Origin: Candidatus Kaiserbacteria bacterium
Lineage (GTDB): Bacteria > Patescibacteriota > Minisyncoccia > Phycocordibacterales > UBA2100
Direction: 5' to 3'
NCBI GenBank assembly: GCA_016217925.1
Contig: JACRFK010000005.1
Span: 44,170-108,169 of the forward strand
DNA length: 64,000 nt
Shown: positions 57,344-64,000 of the stretch, one piece after another
Layout of the letters: every line of letters begins with the position of its first letter
Position numbering within the stretch: the first letter of the stretch is position 1
Translations under genes and position numbers: made by a program
The notes under the pieces: generated by a model
The model's database searches: none
Seen by the model: only the letters and a program-made list of their open reading frames with translations
Told to the model about the DNA's origin: nothing

Positions 57344-57618
57344 TGGGACATGCGCACAGCAAGAGCACGGAAAAAATAGTCCGTCGGCTCAAAATACTGG
57401 AGGGGCAGGTTCGCGGGCTTCAGGATATGATAAAAAACGATACATATTGTGTCGACGTCATTACGCAAACATCGGCGGTAAAGCAAGGCCTTTCGAATGT
57501 GGAGGATATGATACTAGAGAACCACCTTTCTACCTGCGTCGTCGACCAGATAAGGTCCGGAGACTCCAAGAAGGCAATCGGCGAAGTCTTAAAGGTCTAT
57601 ACGCTCAAACGCAAATAA
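57298..57618 (+). CDS. csoR: copper-sensing transcriptional repressor CsoR (DUF156 family)
   Basis: [21 protein letters not shown]...C...H...C W-X-Y-Z metal-ligand pattern. Confidence 0.8.
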   Translation: MSLRKNIRPRPVSNGVGHAHSKSTEKIVRRLKILEGQVRGLQDMIKNDTYCVDVITQTSAVKQGLSNVEDMILENHLSTCVVDQIRSGDSKKAIGEVLKVYTLKRK

Positions 57619-57619
57619 T

Positions 57620-59947
57620 ATGGCCGAGCACACGTATCGCGTAAAAGGAATGCACTGCGCATCGTGCGCGGGCATCATTGAGAAGTCGCTCAAGAAAGTG
57701 GACGGCGTAGGGGATGTGCAGGTGAATTATGGCACGGAGACCGCCAGGGTTACGTTCGACGAAGTAAAAACAGATCATCAGCATCTTTCTCAAAAAGTCG
57801 AGCATCTCGGGTACTCGCTCGTTGCGCCAAAAGAGCAGTCCGTGAGCCACGCGGGGAGCCACGCGGGCATGTCTGCGGCCGATATGGGCATGTCGGAGAG
57901 CGAGCATGCGGCGCATCTCGGGCTCAACCAGACGAAAGAAGAAAAACTTGCCGAGCTCGCGGATATGAAATGGAAAGTCATTTCCGCCATACCACTCACC
58001 GTGTTCAGCGCTTTTGTGTTGGGGTGGGAGACGCTTGCGCAATTTAATGCCGCGCCCGCCGTTCCGTATTTGTGGGAAGAATTTTTCCATCACCTCCTGC
58101 CCATCGTGGCGACATACATGCTTTTTGTCGTGGGCAAACCGTACCTTCTCGGTTTCTACCGTTTCCTCCGCTACGGGCATGCCAATATGGATACGCTCAT
58201 CGGCTTGGGGACTTCCGCCGCTTTTCTCTACAGCTTCGCCGTTACCGCATTTGAAGAATCGCTTCGGCCGTATGTAGACGTCAGCGCCACGTACTATGAC
58301 GTGACGATCATCGTTATCGCTTTCATCGCGCTCGGCAAATATCTCGAAGCCCAGTCAAAATTGAAAACGGGGGATGCCATAGAGAAACTTTTGAATTTGC
58401 AGGCGAAAATGGCGCTCGTCGTCCGCGACGGCAAAGAGGTTGAGATTCCGGTGGACCAAGTCGTCCACGGCGAGCTCATCATTGTAAAACCTGCAGGAAA
58501 AATCCCCGTTGATGGAGTCCTTACCGAGGGTGAATCCTTTGTAGACGAATCGATGATTACGGGCGAGCCGATGCCTGTGAAAAAAGAAGCGGGCGACTCG
58601 GTTGTCGCGGGGACGATGAATACAAGCGGCGCGTTCACATTCAAAGCGACGAAAGTCGGCTCCGAAACAATGCTGGCGCATATCGTGAAAATGGTAGAGG
58701 AAGCGCAGGGGAGCCGCGCTCCCATACAAGCGCTTGCCGACAAGATTTCGGGCGTGTTCGTGCCTATCGTACTCGTCATCGCATTCGTCGCGCTCGCCAC
58801 GTGGCTCATCATCGGCTCCCAGTACCTCGGTTTTCCGCAGGCGCTTTCGTTCGGACTCGTGTCGTTCGTCGGCGTTCTCGTCATTGCGTGTCCGTGCGCA
58901 CTCGGCCTTGCGACGCCGACGGCCATCATCGTCGGCGTGGGCAAGGGAGCGAAGGAGGGAATACTGGTCAAAGACGCGGCGACGCTTGAGAAACTGCACA
59001 AAGTACGTGTCATCATCATGGACAAGACGGGGACGATTACCCGCGGCAAGCCGGAACTCGTATCAATAAAAAATCTATCCGAAAAGAGCGATACGGATAT
59101 CGTTGCGATTCTCGCGTCGCTCGAGAACAAATCCGAGCACCCCATCGCCCACGCCGTCGTTTCCTATGCAAAAGAGAAAAACATCGCGCTTTTGCCTGTG
59201 GATAAATTTGAAATAATCAAAGGAAAAGGGCTCGGCGGTGTCGTAGGCGGCGTTGCGTATCGCGTGGGAAGCGAGAAACTCGCCCGTGAGCTTGGTGCCG
59301 AGTTTGGCTCGCTTGAAAAAGACACATCCGAAGGCAAGACGCCCGTTATTCTTGCGGCAAACGGGCGTGCGCTCGCTGTCGTCATGGTCGCCGACCAAGT
59401 GAAGCCCGAAGCGGTACAAGCGGTGAAGGACCTACACGCGCTCGGTATCTCGGTGGTGATGGTCACGGGAGACGATAAGAATACGGCGCAATTCATCGCA
59501 AAACAGGTCGGCATTGATGAGGTGGTCGCGGAAGTGTTGCCGGAGGACAAGATGAACAAAATCAAAGAATTGCAGGCAAGCGGAACAATCGTTGCAATGG
59601 CGGGGGATGGGGTAAACGACGCGCCCGCGCTCGCGCAGGCCGATGTAGGAATCGCAATGGCGACGGGGACCGACGTCGCGATAGAGAGCGCCGGCATCAC
59701 GCTCCTCCGTGGCGATATCTCAAAACTCGTCAAAGCCGTGCGCCTCTCGAAAATAACCATGCGCGGCATCAAGCAAAACCTCTTTTGGGCGTTCATATAC
59801 AACATCGTGGGCATCCCTCTGGCAAGCGGCATACTCTTTCCCGTCTTCGGCTGGCTCCTCTCGCCCGTATTCGCGGGGTTCGCCATGGCAGGGTCGAGCG
59901 TGTCGGTCGTCGGCAACTCGCTTCGACTTAAGTCGAAAAAGTTGTAA
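57620..59947 (+). CDS. copA: copper-translocating P1B-type ATPase
   Basis: N-terminal HMA domain GMHCASCAG; TGE; transmembrane CPC motif; DKTGTIT phosphorylation site; GDGVNDAP; 775 aa. Confidence 0.95.
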   Translation: MAEHTYRVKGMHCASCAGIIEKSLKKVDGVGDVQVNYGTETARVTFDEVKTDHQHLSQKVEHLGYSLVAPKEQSVSHAGSHAGMSAADMGMSESEHAAHLGLNQTKEEKLAELADMKWKVISAIPLTVFSAFVLGWETLAQFNAAPAVPYLWEEFFHHLLPIVATYMLFVVGKPYLLGFYRFLRYGHANMDTLIGLGTSAAFLYSFAVTAFEESLRPYVDVSATYYDVTIIVIAFIALGKYLEAQSKLKTGDAIEKLLNLQAKMALVVRDGKEVEIPVDQVVHGELIIVKPAGKIPVDGVLTEGESFVDESMITGEPMPVKKEAGDSVVAGTMNTSGAFTFKATKVGSETMLAHIVKMVEEAQGSRAPIQALADKISGVFVPIVLVIAFVALATWLIIGSQYLGFPQALSFGLVSFVGVLVIACPCALGLATPTAIIVGVGKGAKEGILVKDAATLEKLHKVRVIIMDKTGTITRGKPELVSIKNLSEKSDTDIVAILASLENKSEHPIAHAVVSYAKEKNIALLPVDKFEIIKGKGLGGVVGGVAYRVGSEKLARELGAEFGSLEKDTSEGKTPVILAANGRALAVVMVADQVKPEAVQAVKDLHALGISVVMVTGDDKNTAQFIAKQVGIDEVVAEVLPEDKMNKIKELQASGTIVAMAGDGVNDAPALAQADVGIAMATGTDVAIESAGITLLRGDISKLVKAVRLSKITMRGIKQNLFWAFIYNIVGIPLASGILFPVFGWLLSPVFAGFAMAGSSVSVVGNSLRLKSKKL

Positions 59948-59950
59948 TAT

Positions 59951-60370
59951 ATGCATATGCCGTCCCTGCTTACAAAGACCGTAACCCTCTTCGCCCTCGT
60001 GTCGCTTCTTTCGATAGTGTTTTTCAGTTTTAGCTTCATGGCGCGCGGGGTGGACGGGCAGATGCAAGGAGATTGTCCGTTTTCCATCATGGGAGTACCG
60101 ATCTGTCCACAGGATGCGTTTGCTGCGGCCGTCCATCACATTTCCGCGTATCAATCATTTCTCGCAGTGTTCGCAGGCTCCGGGATGACCGCCGTCGTCA
60201 TTGCGTTTCTTCTTGCTCTCTCCGCAGCGTTGTCGTTTCTCATCGCACCACTTTTGTACAAACCCCCGGAGCTGGCAAGAATTTTTTTCATAACTTTACC
60301 CACTGTTCGAAAAGATAGGAAGGAAATCCACTGGCTCTCATTGTTTGAGAACAGTCCCTCTATCGCCTAA
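59951..60370 (+). CDS. hypothetical membrane protein (copA operon)
   Basis: 139 aa; 2-3 TM; Cys pair in CPFSIMGVPIC. Confidence 0.4.
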   Translation: MHMPSLLTKTVTLFALVSLLSIVFFSFSFMARGVDGQMQGDCPFSIMGVPICPQDAFAAAVHHISAYQSFLAVFAGSGMTAVVIAFLLALSAALSFLIAPLLYKPPELARIFFITLPTVRKDRKEIHWLSLFENSPSIA

Positions 60371-60404
60371 GAGCGCCAAAAAAGCGGACGCTTTTTTGGC
60401 GCTC
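60371..60404. terminator. strong bidirectional terminator hairpin
   Basis: gagcgccaaaaaagcg-gac-gcttttttggcgctc, a 16-bp perfect stem with A/T tracts. Confidence 0.65.
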
Positions 60405-60460
60405 ACGCTCGCTTACTGCGGGCTTTTTGCGATTACCACTCCACTAGGAAAATTCAAACT

Positions 60461-60976
60461 ATGAAACCAAAAACACTTACCTTCTCAGCTCTGTTCATTC
60501 TCCTCATCATCGGCCTGCTCGCTTGGGGCAATGCTGGAAAAGGCGGGGCCGCGGCCGTTCAGGGGGCATCCTCGACGAACGCGCCAAAAAGCTCGCTCGT
60601 TGCTCCCGAAGTATTCTACGACTTCGGCACCATCTCGATGAAGAACGGCAACGTCACAAAAGAATTCGCCGTGACCAATCCAACCGCTGAAGCCATTACT
60701 CTCGAAGCTGTATTCACGTCTTGTATGTGCACGACGGCCTTTATCGTGGGGCCGGACGGTGGCGTGAAGGGCCCCTTCGGCATGCCGGGTCATGGTGGTC
60801 CAGTTCCGCCCGCGAATGAGCTCGTCAAGGCCGGCGAGAGTCGCATTATTCGCGTCGTCTATGACCCCAATGCGCATGGCCCCGCCGGTGTCGGGCAGGT
60901 AGACAGATTCATAACTCTGGCCGATTCCTCTAACGGCACGCTTGAGTTAGAGATAAAGGCGAACGTGACTCCCTAA
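60461..60976 (+). CDS. secreted DUF1573-domain protein
   Basis: Signal peptide; FDFGTISMKNG...FAVTNPTAEAITL...TSCMCT matches the DUF1573 pattern (F.FG.I....F...N.G...L.I..V..SCGCT). Confidence 0.6.
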   Translation: MKPKTLTFSALFILLIIGLLAWGNAGKGGAAAVQGASSTNAPKSSLVAPEVFYDFGTISMKNGNVTKEFAVTNPTAEAITLEAVFTSCMCTTAFIVGPDGGVKGPFGMPGHGGPVPPANELVKAGESRIIRVVYDPNAHGPAGVGQVDRFITLADSSNGTLELEIKANVTP

Positions 60977-60977
60977 T

Positions 60978-61757
60978 ATGAACCGGATCCTTATTATCGG
61001 AGGCACGGTGGCCGCGTTCATTCTGGGGATACTCGTCCTGAAATTCAGTCCCGCCACCTCGTCGCTCATCTGGGCTGCGAGTGAGGGCGGGGCGTGGCTT
61101 CTTCCTCTCGTGCTCATCTCGTCGCTCCTCGACAGCGTGCATCCCTGCTCGTTCTCAATCCTTCTCATCACGATAGCGTTCCTCTTCGGGCTGCAGCTCT
61201 CGCGTGAAAAGATCCTGCAGATCGGGGGTGTCTACATTGCCGGCATCTTCGCGGCATACCTCGCGATAGGGCTTGGCGCGCTCAAGGTCTTGCACCTCTT
61301 CAACACGCCGCACTTCATGGGGAAGCTCGGTGCAACGCTGCTCATCATCTTCGGCATCATCACGCTCCTGAACCGATTCTTCCCGAACATGCCGCTCAAG
61401 CTCAAAATGCCGTCCGTTGTGCATCGGCCGATGGCGAAACTTCTGGAGCAAACGTCTCTCGCTGCGGCCTTCGGGCTGGGACTCTTGGTCGGCATCTGTC
61501 AATTCCCGTGCATGGGCGGGCCCTACCTTATGGTCATCGGGCTCCTGCGCGATCAGGTAACGTACATGAGCGGATTCTGGTACTTGCTTCTGTACAACCT
61601 CATCCTCATCGTTCCGCTCGTTCTTGTCTTGTGGTTCTCGTCGGATAAAACGGTGGTGGACAAGATGCAAGAGTGGAAGCGCGGCCATCTCTCGCGCGTA
61701 CGCCTCATTGCCGGTATCGCAATGATTCTCTTGGGTGCGCTTATCCTCGTAATCTAA
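60978..61757 (+). CDS. CcdA-like / DsbD_2-family membrane protein (cytochrome c biogenesis-type thiol transporter)
   Basis: 6 TM; Cys in VHPCSFSILL and CQFPCMGGP. Confidence 0.55.
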   Translation: MNRILIIGGTVAAFILGILVLKFSPATSSLIWAASEGGAWLLPLVLISSLLDSVHPCSFSILLITIAFLFGLQLSREKILQIGGVYIAGIFAAYLAIGLGALKVLHLFNTPHFMGKLGATLLIIFGIITLLNRFFPNMPLKLKMPSVVHRPMAKLLEQTSLAAAFGLGLLVGICQFPCMGGPYLMVIGLLRDQVTYMSGFWYLLLYNLILIVPLVLVLWFSSDKTVVDKMQEWKRGHLSRVRLIAGIAMILLGALILVI

Positions 61758-61761
61758 CTCT

Positions 61762-62256
61762 ATGAACAACAAACAATCATCACAGGACCAATTCCTCGCC
61801 AAGATCGCCGCGCTCAAGGAAAAAAGCGGCGTCGACCTCTCGACCGGAGAAGACCTCTCGCTCGCGGTCATGAACCTCATCTCACTTGAAGAGCACTTCT
61901 TCTTCACGGGGGTGAAGACGCACAAGGACGAGTACTTCGATACGGTCCAGGAAATTCGCGAACTGCGTAAGTCGCTCCTCAAGGAGCTCATGCCAAACCA
62001 CGAAGGCGAGACGTGGTGTATCTCAAAGCATTTGCTCTCGACCACCATGCGTCTCGTGGAGGTCGGCAACAAATTGCAATCGGAGGGAAAGAAAGCAGAG
62101 GCAAAAAAGATGTTCGAGCACGCGTACAAGGTGTACTCCGTCTTCTGGGCGCTCAAGCTCAAACTTATCAGCGGCTCAACAATTAAAAATGTAGCGGCCG
62201 GCAGCACGACACTCGAAGACCTTGTGTCGAAGCTCGCTGACTGCTGCGACGAATAA
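61762..62256 (+). CDS. hypothetical protein with C-terminal CCDE motif
   Basis: 164-aa soluble ORF; no domain recognised. Confidence 0.45.
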   Translation: MNNKQSSQDQFLAKIAALKEKSGVDLSTGEDLSLAVMNLISLEEHFFFTGVKTHKDEYFDTVQEIRELRKSLLKELMPNHEGETWCISKHLLSTTMRLVEVGNKLQSEGKKAEAKKMFEHAYKVYSVFWALKLKLISGSTIKNVAAGSTTLEDLVSKLADCCDE

Positions 62257-62264
62257 TACACTTT

Positions 62265-63251
62265 ATGGAACTGGAACAACGCAATCAGGAAATTCAAGCG
62301 CAATCGGGTACGTCAGGGTTGAAAGAATATGCCGTGCCGATAGCGATCGTCATCGCGGGATTCATGCTTGCCGTGTCGTACTACCTAGTGCAAACGAATG
62401 CCGGGAGCGGGGCGCGTTTTGCGGTGCAAAACGCGCCCGCAAGCGCGCTCCAAGAAGCCGTCCTTCCGTCGGCGGGCGTTGAATTACCCGTCACTTGGGG
62501 CGACCTCGGCAAAAAGCTCGTCGATGCGGGAGCGATTGATGCGGCGGCCATGGAAAGTTTGTATCGAAATCGCGGCGGGATGCCCGCCGAGTATCGTACG
62601 CTTCTTAGCGGCTCGTCCGGCAAGAAACTCGTCATGACACAGGATAACGCGGGGTACCTACTGAATCTTCTGTGGGCGCTCGGGCTTGCCAACAAGAATC
62701 AGATACTTGAAGACAAAACGGAAATGATGAATCCGGAGTATGGCGGTGCGGGCAATTTCGCTTCGACCGGCGGCTGGACGATAGCAAAGGGCGATGCGAT
62801 GGAACATTACAATATGCACTCGCTCGTTACGCTTACCCCCGAACAGCAAAAACTCGTTGACAAAGTCTCCCGCAATATCTTCCGGCCGTGCTGCGGCAAT
62901 TCGACGCACTTTCCCGACTGCAATCACGGCATGGCGATGCTCGGCTTCTTGGAGCTCATGGCTTCGCAAGGGGTGAGCGAAGCTGATATGTACAAAGCGG
63001 CGCTCGCGGTGAATTCGTACTGGTTCCCCGACACGTACCTCACCATTGCGATGTACATGCAAGGCAAAGGTGTCGCATGGGAGGCGGTGTCGCCGAAAGA
63101 GGTGCTCGGCGCGGATTATTCGAGCGCGGCGGGATTTCAAGACATCTCGTCGCAAGTCAATGCTCCCTCAAATCGGGGCGGAGGCGGCGGCTGTGGCGTA
63201 GATGCCGGAGCACCTGTTGCACCGAAACAGCAAAGCGGATGCGGAGTGTAA
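62265..63251 (+). CDS. membrane-anchored hypothetical protein with CCG...C.H Cys/His cluster
   Basis: N-terminal TM; IFRPCCGNSTHFPDCNHGMAM motif; Gly-rich C-terminus ending in a CG pair. Confidence 0.5.
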   Translation: MELEQRNQEIQAQSGTSGLKEYAVPIAIVIAGFMLAVSYYLVQTNAGSGARFAVQNAPASALQEAVLPSAGVELPVTWGDLGKKLVDAGAIDAAAMESLYRNRGGMPAEYRTLLSGSSGKKLVMTQDNAGYLLNLLWALGLANKNQILEDKTEMMNPEYGGAGNFASTGGWTIAKGDAMEHYNMHSLVTLTPEQQKLVDKVSRNIFRPCCGNSTHFPDCNHGMAMLGFLELMASQGVSEADMYKAALAVNSYWFPDTYLTIAMYMQGKGVAWEAVSPKEVLGADYSSAAGFQDISSQVNAPSNRGGGGGCGVDAGAPVAPKQQSGCGV

Positions 63252-63282
63252 TCTTAACAGTACACATACATTAAGATACATT

Positions 63283-63666
63283 ATGAAGTACGGATACAAA
63301 CGAAAAGTGCCGCTTCCCTTCGGGGAAGCGGTGGAGAAGGTGAGAGGCGAGCTTGCAAAGGAAGGTTTTGGCATCCTCACTGAAATAGATGTGAAAGCAA
63401 CGCTCAAGAAAAAGCTTGGCATCGAGTACGAAAACTACCTCGTTCTCGGCGCGTGCAACCCGCCGTTCGCGCTCAAAGCGCTCAAGGCGGAAAAAGACAT
63501 CGGCCTGCTCTTGCCATGCAATGTGGTCGTGTATGAGGAAAGCGGTGAGGTATTCGTCTCAGCGATACGTCCAACAGTAGCGATGGAGGTGGTCGGAAAC
63601 CCGTCTCTCGCCGATGTAGGGAAGACGGTGGAGGAGAAATTAAAGAAAGTAGTAGACGCAGTATAA
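63283..63666 (+). CDS. DUF302-domain protein
   Basis: FGEAVEKVRGELAKEGFGILTEIDVKATLKKKLG...LGACNP matches the DUF302 pattern; 127 aa. Confidence 0.65.
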   Translation: MKYGYKRKVPLPFGEAVEKVRGELAKEGFGILTEIDVKATLKKKLGIEYENYLVLGACNPPFALKALKAEKDIGLLLPCNVVVYEESGEVFVSAIRPTVAMEVVGNPSLADVGKTVEEKLKKVVDAV

Positions 63667-63688
63667 ATTATTAATCAGATTGAAATGT

Positions 63689-64000
63689 ATGAATAACAGC
63701 ATTTTACTTGTGACAGGCGGAGTTATTGGGGGATTACTCTTAGGGATTGTCTTTGCGGGAGCCACGTTCCCCGGAAGCCGCAGCGGGTATTTCGGAATGA
63801 TGGGCGGTAATCGAAACGCAGGCGGTATTCAGGCGATGGGCGCTATAGACAGGCACTTCATTGAACAAATGATTCCGCATCATGACGGGGCAATCGCGAT
63901 GGCGACGCTGGCTCTTGAGAAAGCCAAACGTCCCGAGATCAAAACCCTTGCAGAAGCTGTCATCAGGGACCAAAACAGGGAAATAGTGCAAATGAGGGGC
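63689..64000 (+). CDS. DUF305-domain protein (copper-resistance associated), 3' end outside window
   Basis: N-terminal TM; FIEQMIPHHDGAIAMA matches the DUF305 HH-motif; runs to the window edge. Confidence 0.65.
   Translation, partial: MNNSILLVTGGVIGGLLLGIVFAGATFPGSRSGYFGMMGGNRNAGGIQAMGAIDRHFIEQMIPHHDGAIAMATLALEKAKRPEIKTLAEAVIRDQNREIVQMRG

Overview
High-GC bacterial chromosome segment. Gene content and architecture suggest a Candidate Phyla Radiation (CPR/Patescibacteria, Parcubacteria-like) genome; this taxonomic call is inference only. Housekeeping genes read from their motifs are recG, ligA, gatC/gatA, prfB, ftsE/ftsX, pyrG and an IMP-dehydrogenase-family gene lacking CBS domains. At ~14.3-26.0 kb there is a complete type IV pilus locus: pilM-N-O-(P-like)-pilB, a stand-alone receiver-domain gene, pilT, pilC, pilA, pilD and four minor pilins. 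At 57.2-64.0 kb there is a copper/thiol-redox island: a CsoR operator, csoR, copA, and DUF1573, CcdA-like, DUF302 and DUF305 proteins. Two two-component sensor kinases, a ComFC homologue and 7 tRNA genes are also present. The most unusual content is: (1) a tRNA(CAU) gene split in its anticodon loop by a ~232-nt IC3 group I intron whose core closely matches the Azoarcus pre-tRNA-Ile intron, with two paralogous HTH + LAGLIDADG-like ORFs beside both tRNA(CAU) genes; (2) three separate families of short structured repeats placed exactly at gene boundaries, namely a ~100-nt element starting just before stop codons (2 loci), a MITE-like element with terminal inverted repeats that begins at TAG stop codons (3 loci), and a CCCCGTTAGARGC...GYTCTAACGGGG dyad element at gene 5' ends (4 loci, once nested) that supplies the in-frame sequence MASNGV/ASNG at three gene starts; (3) 7-nt tandem repeats (x4) at the 5' ends of two minor-pilin genes, which are candidate slipped-strand phase-variation switches; (4) twin 30-bp palindromes flanking an arsR-family gene. 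No CRISPR array, rRNA or obvious prophage was seen. All calls were made by eye from the sequence and ORF track, with no database searches.
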